A stretch of DNA of 64,000 nt. It comes from Guillardia theta CCMP2712 (taxonomy: Eukaryota; Protista; Cryptophyta). The translations under genes were made by a program, and so were the position numbers. The notes beneath the pieces were generated by a model. It was not told the origin of the DNA. It was given only the letters and a program-made list of their open reading frames with translations, and searched no databases. Location: contig NW_005434600.1 in the NCBI RefSeq assembly GCF_000315625.1, positions 91,515-155,514 of the forward strand, given 5' to 3'. Of the stretch, positions 12,531-25,709 are shown piece by piece (the stretch's first letter is position 1; each line of letters begins with the position of its first letter).

Positions 12531-13064
12531 CTGTATTGGACAAAGCAGAGCCATGCCTGAGGAGACGGTCAGATGGTGGTAGAGGAGGAGTCTCCGACTG
12601 TCTGTGGGGTAGGAGAGGTGAGGAGGACAGGAGGTGAAGGAGAAAGGCATGTACGGAGGCGTTAATAGGATATGAGATATAAACACCCCAACTGCATGTC
12701 TATCAAGGTCAAGCAAGCAAGCATGGAAGATGTGCAATGATCCCTTTCTGCATCTACAGAGACATGTACACACTGAGTTTGTAATTGTATTTGTGTTAAA
12801 TACCACAACAACATCCTTTGTAATTGCAGTTGTGTTGGATTGCACAACAACACCCTCCTACCCCACAAATGCCCAATAGCGCCTGCTGTATCGCCATCAC
12901 CAGGCTCTCTGATACCACCGCAGGCTGCGAAGCATGGAGTGCCGGGCAGCCCCTCGTCATTGCGTACCCTGCAGGGCTCCGCGAGCTGTTGAGCTATGCC
13001 GTGCCGGACTAGAGTGCTGGCCTTGAAGGATCCGAGCTGAGGTCGTCCTCTTCCACCTACCTCC

Positions 13065-13749
13065 TCATGCATCCTCCTGCCATAGCTGCACTCCTCCCCC
13101 CGACCCTCTCCAGATCACCTCGTCCTCGTCCCTCGACCGGATGTACCAGGCGACCCACGCCTCGCTCAGCCAGTCTCCGTGTCCGCGGCGCTGATCCGCG
13201 CTGTGTACAGGCTGCTGATCTGTGTCCTCGTCCTCGTCCTCGGCCTCGTCGTCTTCCTCGTCTGCAACCCCCTCCTGCTCGGCTTGGCAGGCGACGGACT
13301 GATGCAGCTGTGCCGCCTGCTGCACCTCCCGCGCGTGCGCATGCGGCCGGTAGCCCTGGCGGGTGTAGGGCCAGCGCCTGATGCCGAGCTGACGGCAGAC
13401 GGCCTTGAGGGTGGACAGCGAGATCCCCTGCAAGGACGTGAGACTCCTGACCGCCCGCTTGCTCCCCACTGCCTCTCTCCTCCAGCCTTGTCCTCTCTAT
13501 GTATGTATGGAGGTGTATTTGTGTCTAGGCCATGCTTGGCTGTCTGTGTGTGCTGGTCAACCCCTTCTTACTTCCTACTTCCTCTTCTTGTTTTTATCGC
13601 TAGGAGCAGCTTACCAGGGCAGCGGCGGCGTCGTCTTGGCGGAGGTGGAAGAGGCGGGCGACCTGAGGGAGAGTGAAGGAGACGCGGTAGGGTTGAGGAC
13701 GACGACTACGGCGAGGGTCAGCGGAGGGGAGGAGAGGGGGGGAGGGCAT
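13065..13749 (-). CDS. Short RWP-RK domain transcription factor, copy C (exons 13615-13749, 13065-13427)
   Basis: Close duplicate of copy A including the intron (13428-13614); same RWP-RK domain. Confidence 0.9.
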
Positions 13750-13917
13750 GGAGACAATCGGTAGGCTCGTTAGAGGTGAGGGGCAGGGGAGTGCAAGGAG
13801 ACAAGAAGGCGGGGGAGCGACTGGTATGAAGTAGAAAAGAAGTGTTTTGAAAAGGGTTGACTGGAAATGATGTCGAAAAGAAGTCTTTTCAGAAGGAGAT
13901 CTTGATTTTTGTGTCCT

Positions 13918-14850
13918 CCGACGGGATCGCCGATGGCCGCCCGGCCACCCGCCGCCTCGGAGTCCGGGCGCTTAGTATATACTCCGACGGAGCTCCGACA
14001 AGATAGGCGGCCCGCGCCAGGCAGGTACGTTATGGGCAATGCGGCATCAAATTTCCAAATCCGCGGCATCAAATTTCGAAATCTGCAACTTGAACTTAGT
14101 AACTTAGTAAGTTTTAGGTACTGATTGTATCAGCAGATAGAGATGAGGACATGCCGTACGGTAGTACCGTACTCCGTACTTGGCGGGGGTCGCGGCGCGG
14201 CGGCCCGACCGCGGCCGCCGCACTGCGGCAACTTACCGTCAAACTTGCGGGCCGCCTCCCGAGTCCCGGCCGCGTCAGGGCCCGGGGTACTACGGTACCG
14301 TACGCCGTACGCCGCCGGTAGTACTTGTACGGTCCCAGTACCGTCCGATCCGCCCGTGCCAGTGCTATAGACTCCGACTGAGCCTCAGGGCGGCGGGCAC
14401 CGTCCTGGCACAGTGACCGTCGCCGCGGCGGGGCGGGCGGCCGCAGTCCGCAGTGCGGACTCCGGTGCCGCAGTGCGGCGCGGCATGCCCGGCCCGGCCA
14501 TCCCGGCGGTCCGGGCATCCTGACGGCGATGCGGGCCCGGGCCCAGCCTCCGAGGCTCCGTCACCGTCACAGGCCCGGGACTGACTCGCCAGTGATGGAC
14601 TGTCTGACTCTGTCGAAACTTCCGGGCGGCGGAGCCGACCGCAGCTCTGCACTCTCCGAGCCCGGCCCCGGCGCGGCCGCGGGCAGTGCCACCGGACTGT
14701 CCGATCAGTATCCGATGATCATCGAGTCCGATCTCACAAGTGAAAGTTTACTTAATTAAGTTAGCATGACTCTGATTGCTGACAGTGATGCCGCCGCAGT
14801 GCGTTTACCGTACTCAAAGTTAAGTTAAAAATCAGTACAAGGACAAGGCT
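13918..14850. other. GC-rich palindromic-word island (class I) between divergent genes
   Basis: Saturated with CCGG, GGCC, CCGCGG, GTAC, CGGTACCG and AACTT/AAGTT. Contains ATTTCGAAAT near its left edge. ORFs are Arg/Ala/Gly/Pro noise. Confidence 0.7.
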
Positions 14851-16010
14851 CGGATTGGGCCTGCCGAGGCGGGGATGAGGCCCATAGGGTCAGTTTGGTT
14901 TGAAACTGCCCGGAAGCCACCAGGCGTGTCTACAGAAAAAAAGAGAAATCCCCCATGACCCTACCCCTGATCTTCTTGGAAAATATTCGACGTTTTACTA
15001 TGTACTTTTGTTGGTTAATTTGAAAAACAGATTATTATGTTTTAATACGTTGCACATTTTTCGATTAACAAAAATCGAACTTGATAAACCTCTCCATCAG
15101 GGGTCATCCACTAGTGTACATGTCGGGCGCTATTTTTTGTTTCCACTTGGGTCGAAGAATGTTGGGGAAGGGGCGAGAGGAGAGGACAGCGGAGTCAGAT
15201 ATGAGAAGCAAACATCTATGTGGAGCTACGATGATGAAGATGAGAACAGGGAAAGAGGAGAAAGAAGAAGAAAAGAACAGAAACGTTAAGAATAGAAGAG
15301 TTGACGAAAGGAAGAAGGAAGGAAGATGTGAGATGGTCAGAAGAAGACATCATGGAGAGAATGGAAGGAACTGGAAGAGAAGACAAGAGACAAGGCATTC
15401 AAATGCAGAATAAAGTTCACTCGTTATGAAAGAAAGAATGGGCAAGGATGATACTTGAAGAAATGTGTTCTTGGTGCAACACGAACCAATAGTAGAGTGC
15501 AGTATCAGTTTTGTTATTTTGGTTTTCAGTGCCACCTGTCACAGCAAATTTATGTTTTTTGGAGACAATCGCACGAAAAATCGTACTTCACAACACAAAA
15601 ATAATCATCAAAACATGCTTGTGAACGAGTGGAATGAGAATGGAATAAGATGAGAGAGAGAGAGAGAGCAAGAGATTGAAGTCGAAACTGCAATTCAGAC
15701 ATTTGTGAGAAACTTCAAATTTGTGTTCCATTCTGTAGAAGAGTGCATGCATCATGATTTTTTGTTGTAAATTTCCACATAAGTTGCTTCATAACGATAT
15801 GCTCCGCTTTGATGTCCGTCCCCAGCACGAATGGATGGCGACCTATACGCATCATGTGCGAATGAGAATCACGGGAAGTAGGAGTGATTAGCATACTGTG
15901 CAAGTCTCACAGGTTCTAACAACAATAATCAAAAGTTCTAACAAAACAAAAATCTCCATGCAAAGCCTGACACCATCCTGTATGATTGCAGATACACTTG
16001 AAGCACTACG

Positions 16011-16438
16011 ATGCCCCCAAAGACGACTGAAGGACGTCCACATCGGGATCCGAAGCCCAAGGCTATCTGGTTTGTAGCCTGAGTGTGGGAGGAGGAAGGA
16101 GGAGGCTGAGGCGTACCCAGGGATCCCTCGGAGACCAAAGGAGACGAGAACGAGCCTCAGCAGAAGAAGCCCAAGGCCGTCAAGAAGGCAAGGGGACGAA
16201 AACACAGCGCCCTTCACTGACGCTGCGCAGGTGACGAAGCCTAAGGCAGCTGTCAAGAAGACTATTAAGAAGGTGAGGAAAAATAACATGGTCATCACTG
16301 CTCGTGACCGGCCGCAGGCTGCCCCCAAGAAAGCCGCCAAGGCCTCCAAGGGCAAGCAAACTAAGGTCTGGTAAGGGGGCGATGCTGAGTGGTGAGCTGA
16401 CTTGAGCGAAGGGGAAGAAAGGCGGCTCGAAGAAGTAA
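16011..16438 (+). CDS. About 80-aa Lys/Ala/Pro-rich basic protein, histone H1-like without globular domain (5 exons)
   Basis: Exons 16011-16069, 16121-16187, 16231-16272, 16318-16365, 16412-16438 splice in frame to MPPKTTEGRPHRDPKPKAIWDPSETKGDENEPQQKKPKAVKKVTKPKAAVKKTIKKAAPKKAAKASKGKQTKGKKGGSKK*. Introns are 43-51 bp, one GC-AG. Confidence 0.75.
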
Positions 16439-16685
16439 GCGGGGTGTTGCCTGCTGTCACTCCGTGATGGCCCCTTCCTACTCACACTGATGAATGCTGC
16501 CTGAACGCTACAGTGATGCTTCGTGAGCGAGTACTGAATTCTTGTTGATATTAAATTTGAATTTCAATCATATAAACGAGGCGGACAAGGGGAGCGTGTT
16601 GTTAAGATTGTCATGGAGATCTCTCAATCTGGCTTGTTTGAGAAAGTTGAAAATCACTATATTGTCAAACAGCGTCACAGAACAC

Positions 16686-17779
16686 CTAGAAGCTACCAGA
16701 CGCCAACCCGGAGACGTCAGAAGAGCCGCCGGAGGTGGACCTGGTAGAGAATCAGGGTGGGGAAGACTTGGAACGAGCTCTGTCTTACTGGACGATGGCA
16801 GAGAAGACCGAGAGGCCGACGATGAGGCTAAGAGGAAGGACCCACTGCAGCCAACATGTCACTCTTATGCTTACAAGGTGTTGGGGACTTCCTTTGGCAG
16901 TCCGGTGACAGGGATCGCTCCTCGTGGGTCGGGGATCTTCTGTTTGAGCTTCATGGCCTCCATTGACATCCTGCGGCAGGTCATGCGTAAGGGAGGAGTG
17001 TACACTGAGCGAGGAGGCAACAGTGAGAGGGAAGGGCATGGAGATGTCGATGAACTTGGGAAGGTGAGGCTCACGGTTCAAGCGCATCTGAAACTTTGTC
17101 TTGAAGGTTGAGGACAGGGTTGGCTTCTCGCTCCTGCAGCAAAATGAGAGTAAGTGTGGAAGAGCATGAGTGGGAATGAGGAAATGGATGATATCTTGTG
17201 AACGTGTCTGTCTGAATCCGAGGGTAAAGAATGCAGAGAGTTTGCTTGCCTTCAGCTTGCTGATACGGGCATTAAGGGCAGACATGTCGAAATTAGCTGA
17301 TGCTCCGCTGTCATTGAGTCAGATTTATCTTCTACCATTTCACTCTCCTTTCTCTCAGGAGATTGACGGCCGCACCCCTCCCCTCCTCCTACGTCTACTT
17401 TCCTCCCCTTCTCATCCCCCTTATCAACCATGCATCGACTTATCACTTCCTTCCTCTCCCAGATTTTCTGCTAGAATCCCCTTCTGATCATGCCTTTACC
17501 TCTCGTCTGGCTTGTCAGGGTCAGGCCCTGAAGTCGCCTGCATCCTCCAAGCATGGGGGCGTGCTGTGCATGCTCGTGCTCTCAGAGCTGTCAAAGGTAG
17601 AGGGTTCAATCCAGAGAATCCCTCGACAGATATCAGGAGCGCCTGCTCACGGATCGTCACATTATTGCACAGGAAAGAGAAAGTACAGCAGGAAAAAGAG
17701 TTGTTGGGTGTAGCAAGGCGAATGAGGAGGGCCGGGAGCAGGAGGATCTTACGCTGAGAAGAAGAAGCTGGAGTTTCAT
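16686..17779 (-). CDS. Probable plastid-targeted small single-TM protein of unknown function (multi-exon)
   Basis: MKLQLLLLS|ALLISVEG-FSGLNPLPLTALRARACTARPHAWRMQA reads as a signal peptide, Phe at +1 and a basic transit-like peptide. Later exons give FDMSALNARISKLK|EREANP, KIPDPRGAIPVTGLPKE|WVLPLSLIVGLSVFSAIVQ (TM) and STSGGSSDVSGLASGSF*. Confidence 0.7.
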
Positions 17780-18399
17780 TGAGTGCTCAAAACCTGGAGG
17801 TATGGTTAGAATCAAATCTCTCAAATGAATTGGTGGGGGTGAAGTTAGAGAACACTTGCGTTTCAATCACTACGCTAGCTTAAATTCCAAGCAACGCCTC
17901 GCACGTATCCTTACAAATTTTCAAAATCTTGAAGAAACTCTCGCAGTCAAATTCAATCTAGGTCATGATTCGACAAGAAGACAGCGCATGATAGTCATCA
18001 GAAGTCATGCATTCCTCGCTTCTTCCATCAAATTCGATTCCTGCACTGACTTCTGCAACACACTCTGCCTGGATAATCAGAGTGTGTGCTCACAACAAAA
18101 AAGGATCAAACACATCACTGAAGGTACAATGAGCCAATCTCTTTGCTTTCTGTTAGAGTAGGATGAAAGGATGGCACAAACTCTGACTTCGGAACAAAAT
18201 GGAAAGTATGACACCAAGTACGGGGTTGAGCATGTCAGGGATCACAAGAAGACAAGTCAGCACCATATGTTGGATCAGATCTACTAAACCATCATGATTC
18301 CGTAAGATCGTATCAACGGAAACAGTCGTCTTTTCTTCCCATCCTGGCTCCACGGCATAGTAACTTCGGAGCGCCGAGTGATGCATTTTTGCCTTAGGT

Positions 18400-19600
18400 G
18401 GGTCACTTCCCATGGGAGGTGGGGTATTTTCTGAATCACCGGTACAGACTTTCAAATCCCAGAGCTCATATCAGATGGTGGGGTAATCAGAAGATATTGG
18501 CTGGGTAGTACCTCATAAATCTTTTTTTCAGGGGTGGGGTGGGGCCTTGCAGCTGGTAGGGGTGTGTCAAAAACTATATAAACATTAGGGGTTGGGTACG
18601 ATTTGGATGGGTAGTCGAGGTCAGTTTCAAGGGTACATTAATTTAAGGGGTACTGTATGTTTTTAACCAGACTCTTTTAGCAAACCCTTTAAAATTAAGA
18701 GATCTGATCGTTATAAACTTTCATAACGCATTTATAAAACCAAAAAAGACATTCAGTTTTTACCTGCTGACACGCAAAACAGTCAGGTGAAATCAAAATA
18801 AATGAAAACTACTCGTTTGAGGTACAATCATATAAAGAAGTTTTTAAAATGAGACGCTCTGCTGAATCGAAGGTGATGACCATGTCTTGGGCATGCACAA
18901 GGCATGACAAATCGGAGAGCATGTTACCATGGATGTCGAAATAGATTTGTTTCGAGATCATAAAAAGTATCTGGAGGAATGAGATTCTATTTCGAACCGA
19001 CTAGATCGGAACCGATGCAAAACGAAATCGTTTCGAGAAAGCTCCAGCGGGTTCGGCATGGAGATGTACCTGTTCTTGGTGGGAGTGGTGGGGGTGGGAG
19101 TGGGGGGTACCGGGGGGTATTTCAATCTCAATAGCGACGACAGGGGTGGTCATAACAGGAACAATGGTGGGTCAGGAGGGGAATCTATCGTTCGAGTTTC
19201 TGCGGGTAGGGGTACTACATTCGCTCAGAGGGTATGGTCAACTATAGGGTGGGGTGGAGCAATTAAAGCGACTACCCACCTTACGCTGTCCCGGATATCT
19301 TCCTGATTGCCTGTGATCCACCCCCTTCTTGAAGCCAATTTTGGATTGCTTATGGGGTACCTGTACTACCCCACCCCTGTTTTCTTTAAGTGTTCAAGTA
19401 CATCGACTACCCACCTAGTATAAAATTTGGGTGCGGTGGGATGCCCACTTGATTTGAGGGGGTCCTAAAGGTCCCGTCCAATTCATAGTAGAACTACCCC
19501 ACCCTCCTATTTCGATCATAGACACCATCACCCTGTGACAGGACAATCACCCCACCCCAGATTTCCAGGACCACCCCACCCTCTAGGATGGGTCCCTCAA
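18400..19600. other. Class II GGGT/ACCC-rich islands (about 18400-18660 and 19060-19600) between divergent genes
   Basis: Repeated GGGGTGGGGT, GGGTA, CTACCCCACCC words either side of an AT-rich core. Confidence 0.6.
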
Positions 19601-19660
19601 GTCGGCGCATAATGGCGGCGTCTTACTTTTGGAGAGCGAGCGCTAGGAACGGGCCTGGGA

Positions 19661-19789
19661 GGAGGAGAGGAGGAGAGGAGGAGAGGAGGAGAGGAGGAGA
19701 GGAGGAGAGGAGGAGAGGAGGAGAGGAGGAGAGGAGGAGAGGAGGAGAGGAGGAGAGGAGGAGAGGAGGAGAGGAGGAGAGGAGGAGAG
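19661..19789. repeat. Pure-purine 21-bp period repeat (GA-only)
   Basis: About 6 tandem units upstream of HSF. Confidence 0.9.
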
Positions 19790-20240
19790 ATTATGATTGA
19801 GAAAGCATCAGTCTAGACGATTGCAAGGTAAAGACGGTGAGCAGAGGAATGTGAGCTGCTCGATGCAATGATGGGAAAACAGCGGCAGAGGCACTTGCTT
19901 TGCTGAGGGCTGAAGGTGATGGAGGATAAGACGGCGCTCTAGAGGAAACAAAGCTGAACCCATGATCTATGATGATATGGCTTTATGTAGACAGAGCTGT
20001 AGTGGATCTCTATGCAAAGCTTCAATGGGTCTTTATCTTCCTTCAACCTCGATCGAAAGCGGATTGTGACAGCGATCATGGCCATCGCCAGTCATAGGTT
20101 GTGCAGAGAAAACTCATGCTGTCAGAACTTTGAGAGACGCCTGCACTAGTGTGCTATTGATAGCGTTTGAGAGATGCCTGCTCTTCTCCGAGTGACATGT
20201 CCTGATGGTTGGGGAATCGCAGGGGTGCATTGGCTAGGAG

Positions 20241-23200
20241 ATGTCGGACGAGGATGAGGACATGAAGAAGACAGGGGAGGAGGGTGATGATTCCTGCCTC
20301 CCTGTTTTCATCACAAAGCTGCTGCGAATGCTGTCATCCAATACCAACCCGGAGTCAATAAGATGGGGTGCCGATGGGACCACTGTGCTGATCTCGGACC
20401 CATCAGCCTTTGCAACGGTAGGGTGTGCTTGCTTGCTCTCTTCTATGCCGAGTGCCTTGCTGACTGTGCTCTTCTGACAGAAAGTTATTCCAAAGTACTT
20501 CAAGCACAGCAACTTCGCCTCTTTTGTTCGACAGCTGAATGTGAATCTTTCCAGTTTCATGCAATTTCCTTCTCATCCGTGCTTTGATTAGCTCTACGGC
20601 TTTCACAAAACTACTCAAGACCCGGAAGTGTGTGAATTTCAGCACAAGTATGTGGTTCCTATGTCTGTCGCTTCGTTTATGATGATCAATTCTCGCAGAT
20701 ACTTCAAGCGTGATCAGCCCAGCCTGTTGCACAACATCAAAAGAAAGGTATGCTTTGTGAGGACGACTGTTTGATTTTTGAAGGCCGGTTCTTTGGCATG
20801 CAACTTTAATTTCTTTGTGTTGTCTTGACTTTGTCCTCCTGCTCTCCAGGTGGCTCTGGAAAAGTCAGACAATGCTAGGTCAAAGGTGAACTCGCGTTCC
20901 CAGAACGTTCATGGTTCTAACGTTCCTGTTCAGGTCGACATGGACGACCTCGTGAATAGTGTCAACGAAGTCAAATCGAGACAAACGCAGGTCCTGATTG
21001 CTTGAGGAGAGAAGCTGTGATGCAAACCTTACTGTAATCTCAGTTCGAGAACGCGCTGCTGCAGAAGGAGATGGAGAAGCAGATCCTGTATCAAGAGGTT
21101 ATGAACGCGCAGCAGAAGCAGAAGGTACTGCCACGTGCTCTCCTCTCGCAACCCTCCTGATTGCAGCATCATCAGGTCCTTGAAGAGAAGATCTCGAGGT
21201 TAGCCTGGGTGCTGATGAAAGCATGCAATGCTATCCAAGAGCAGCAGGTACGAGGCTGCCGCTCGCCGATCGCTTTCTCGCTGACTTTGGGGATGCAGCG
21301 GACTACACAAACGCCTCAGCCGCCCCAGCAGATCCAGCAAGGGAACTCCCAGCAGCCGCCCCAGCAGATGTCTGCTCCTTCCCCCTCCATCACCTCCATC
21401 GCCTCCCAGGTTGAAGTTGGACCCGACGTTGCTGCGGCAGCTGAATATCGTGCTGCAGGGCATGGGGATGGTCGGAATCAAGCGGAATCGGGATGACGAT
21501 GGGATGTTTCCTCCCAGTCAGCGGCAGTACGATCAGGGGAGACCACCTGCTGCCCAGGTTGATGTTTGCGCGGTTGCTGGCAGCGTGCTGATGATTCGCT
21601 CTCCAGAATCCTTCAGCTACATCAATCGGTGCGATGATGATCATGATGTGATGATGATTATGTTCATGTTCATGTTCATGATCATGTTCAGGATGATGAT
21701 CGTGATAGATGTGATCACTCACGTGAACTTGTGGCAACAGGGATGAACACGATGGGAGGACTGAGCATGAACGATGAGAGAAAGCAGCTTCAATCGATCG
21801 ATCCGTCAAACCTTGAAGATTGGCTTTCTCAGGCAAGTTTTGGAGCACATCTTCTTCTTCCCTCGTAATCGTTTCACAGCTTGCAAGCATCGGAAGCACA
21901 TTGGGCGGAACAGGTGAAGGAGCCCTTCAATTTCCCGTCTTTCCACTCTAAACTCCCTCCGCTGCTAAATCTCTTCCTCCACACCTCTCACAATCCAACC
22001 CCCCCCCCCTCCCTTTCCCTCCGCATCCCCCTTTCTTCTCCTTCTCCTTGTCCTCCTTCTTATCCTCCTCCGCCTCTTTATCCTCCTCACCTTGTACCTC
22101 ACCTTCTTCTAGCTACCATGTCTAACTCCTTTTCCACTCTCCTCCTCTTGCTCTGTCTGACCGTTACCCCTCTCACACAAACACGCAGGAATGGGAAGCA
22201 TCGGAAACAATCTTGGAAGGTCTGTACTACCTGTTTGACGATCCAGCGATGCTGATGGAACGTGAAGCACAAGCAACCTTGGCAGTATGGGCAACAGCAT
22301 GCAGTCAGGTCCTTCTTTCTTATCCCCCCCCCCTGCCCCTCTCCCAATACCCCGCCCCCCACCAGCGTTCAAACTTCCCTGCTCCAACCCCTTCCACATG
22401 CTCGTTTGCTCCTTCTCCTCTCCCCCTCGCCTCCCTTCCTCTTTCCCGCTTCGCCTTGGCTTGCTCTTCCACCTTCCACCGTCTCTTTCCTCCCTCCTCC
22501 CTGCTCGTGTACCTCTGCGCCCTCCTCTCTCAGGCTGTTCCCTCTTCTGCTTTCCTGCGGCTTCCTCGCCATCTGCTGTGCTTGAAACTAACGGCTGTCA
22601 GCAGGGGGTCTGGACCCCATGGCGCGACAAGGAAATATCACAGGCATCGGCAACAACCAGCAGCATGTCAGAGATCTGATCACATCCTCCTCATCCTCCT
22701 ACTACTACTCCCCCTCCTCCCTCTTCCCTGTTTCCTCTTCCACCACTTTCCTTCCTCGGTCCCTCCCTGCTCTCGCTCCGTTGTCCCCTATCCTTCCTCC
22801 TCCCTGGCTGACTTCACTGCGACACCCACAGGTCGCGAACAACAACAACAACAACAACTCGGGAGGAGGATGGCAGGGCATGCAGACTCATCAGCATCAC
22901 CCCAACAACCAGATGCACTCGGGGATGGATATGATGCACTCCAACGACTCCATGCAGTACAGCGCGCAGCAGGCGGCGGCCTGCGGCTCGTTCCAGGGGA
23001 TTCTGTCTCCTCTCTCCTCTGTCAACGGGACGATGGGGTAAAGAGATGTTGCGCATGGCATGTTGGTGTTTGTTGAAGATGCTCAGATGCGTGTGCTGTG
23101 TGTGCCGCTTCTGTTATGTTTGCATGCAAGGATTGGTGTACAGAGGTTGCGTACATGTACACAGTGATCGGGCGAGAGGTTGTGGTGTGTGTATACAAGG

Positions 23201-24743
23201 TTGTAGAACACATTGTCTACAAGCACTTCGAGTTACTAGGCTAGAGATATTCTGAGTCGATTTGAGATGCTTTGTGATGCCACCTCTCAATCAACAGCAT
23301 TCTTGCCTTGATTGTCATACTTTCCCACTTCCATGCTCTCCTTCTACGTACTCTCCTCCCTTCCTCTCTCTCGTACCCTCTCTTGTTCTCCTCGTCCCGC
23401 TTCACCCCTCCCTCTTTCTTCTCCTCGGCCCTCCCTCTCTTCCTCTTCCTCTTCGTCTCCCTCGTCACTTGCTCCTTCCCCCTCTCCTGCCCCACTGCAC
23501 ACGTACAAGCGCTATCCTGCATGATTATCACACAGATCGATTTTCAGTGGATCAGCAACCGAGATGTCCTCGTTGAAGTAGCGAGCGTGTTCTGATTTGT
23601 TGTTCCTGACACTCCTCTGCAAGGTCACTCTCGAGCGTCAACGGAACCTTCAACAGCATCTTTGGCAGTCAGAGTGACACGCTGGGTCGCAACCAGAACG
23701 CCATGGCCCCCGACAGCGGCCAGCAGTCGCAGTTCAACCAGGTCTGCAACGTGTGAGGAGATGGAGATGGAGATGGAGATGGAGATGGAGACTTCTTCAA
23801 CAAGTTCCGATGTTGTGATGTGTGATGTTGCGCTGTCATTGTTTTGGTTCGATCTGATTGCTTGCTCGCTCGCTCGCTCTCGTGTCCTTCAACGTTACTT
23901 CCTTCCTTTCTTCTCTCCTCCTCTTCTCTTCTCCTTCCCCGGCATGTCTTGACCTGATCACCAGCAGGGGCAAGTGTCTTCCATCCCTTTCTTGCCCAAG
24001 ACAGGACCCCAAGGTATGATGATGTGTTTCCACTATACTCTGTCTTCTTATATGTGTTTCCTTCTTCATGTAAAATCTTCCTATCGCCATCTCACTCTCT
24101 CTGTTCACAGGGGGCGGTGGAATGAACAACTTCGGGTATCAAGTACCAATGAACTTACAGCAGAATCAAGGTGAATTCTTGTACTGCTTCCTTCCCCTCC
24201 CCTCCCCATCCTCTCGTTACATTCGCCCCCTCCCTTCCTCCCCTTGTCCTTCCCCCTCCCCTCCTCCTCCTTTTTCCTTCCTCCTCCACCTCCCTCCCTT
24301 GTCTACTCTTGTGAGGGGTTTCTTAGGGTCTATGACACCGCAAGGGCGCCAGGATGTCCCAACAGATGATAAGAAGCAGCAGGAGCTACTGCGAATGGTG
24401 AGAAATGATGACAAATGCAAAATAGAGGGGTGGGGAGGGGACGGAGATGGGAGGAGAGAGGAGAGAGGGGAAGGGAGGGGAGGAGAAGGGAGGGAAGGAG
24501 TAATAGAACGGAGGAGTAGAGGAAGATTTCTTGCATCATGTTTTATTCCTTTGAGATCTCACAAGGAATGTGATGTGTGTTGTTGTTGGGTATGAGAGCG
24601 TTTGTACATGATGACTTCAAGGTTTCTGAAAGTCACTGCAGATGATGGAACAGCAGCAGCAACAACATCCGCAACAGGTTCTTATCTCTTCGATATGAAA
24701 CATGTTCTGACATTGTTCTTGGTTGCTGCAGCCATATCGGTGA
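20241..24743 (+). CDS. HSF: Heat shock transcription factor (many short exons, Q-rich C-terminus)
   Basis: HSF DNA-binding domain over consecutive exons: PVFITKLLRML, SIRWGADGTTVLI, PKYFKHSNFASFVRQLN|LYGFHK, CEFQHK|YFKRDQPSLLHNIKRK. A heptad region follows (QVLEEKISRLAWVLMKA). 3' exons and stop are approximate. Confidence 0.93.
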
Positions 24744-24953
24744 AGTATGTAAGGGAAAGGAGCGATTTTAATCCGTTACCAAACTTTCATTGTAAACAAA
24801 GATTTGAACAAGTGAATCGAATTGGCGCATGGCCAAGAACCGAGTGTCGGAGTAAAGTCTTGAAAGAGAGCAGAGCAGAGCAGAGAAGAGCAGATTTGGG
24901 ATGTGGGATGGGATGGCTGCAGAGAAAGGGTCGTAACAGACATGAAAGATGTT

Positions 24954-25390
24954 TTACTCTTTGCCTTCTGACACTCTGAAAGTGAAGAAGTCAGAGGCAG
25001 AGGAAGGGAGGGAGGGAAGGAAAACATGGCGAGGAGAGAATGGAACAAAATATGGAGCGGAACAAGAAAACCAAGTGGAAGTTATGAAAGAGCAGGGAGG
25101 AGGTGACGTGAAGCAGGAGAAAGATCAGCAGCAGCAGCAGCATGAAGAGGAGGAGGAGGAGGATGAAACAGCAAGCACCTCTTCCTCTTGCTCGAATGCT
25201 CCTCTTCTTTCTGTGGAATCGTCAGCAAAATCTCCTCACTCCTCTACCAGCCCTCCTGCTCCTGTTCCTGCCCCTGCCCCTGCCCCTGCCCCTGCCCCTG
25301 CCCCTGCCCCTGCCCCAGCTCCAGCTCCAGCTCCAGCTCCAGCTCCTGCTCCTGCTCCTGCTCCTGCTCCTTCTCCTGCTCCTGATCCTT

Positions 25391-25449
<59 letters not shown>

Positions 25450-25619
25450 CGCCGCTGCTCCTGCCCCTGCTCCAGCTCCTGCTCCAGCTCCTGCTCCTGC
25501 TCACCATTTTTTTGCTGGCCTTCGTTCGGTCCTCTTTCCCCTGAGATAGAAAATAAGAGTTAAGCGGGGTTCGTACATCAGAAGAAGCAGCAGCAATAGC
25601 AGCAGCGGCGGCAGTAGCA

Positions 25620-25709
<90 letters not shown>

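Noticed and set aside
10184-13749. Calling the RWP-RK cluster a mating-type locus
   Set aside because: Domain similarity to MID alone is not enough; the sequence shows no evidence of haplotype specificity.
14114-14759. Overlapping Arg/Pro/Gly/Ala-rich ORFs in GC islands
   Set aside because: Stop-codon scarcity from GC content; no coding signal.
19015-19045. Possible heat shock element upstream of HSF (TTCGAGAA)
   Set aside because: Only two correctly phased nGAAn units, about 1.2 kb from the ATG; too weak.
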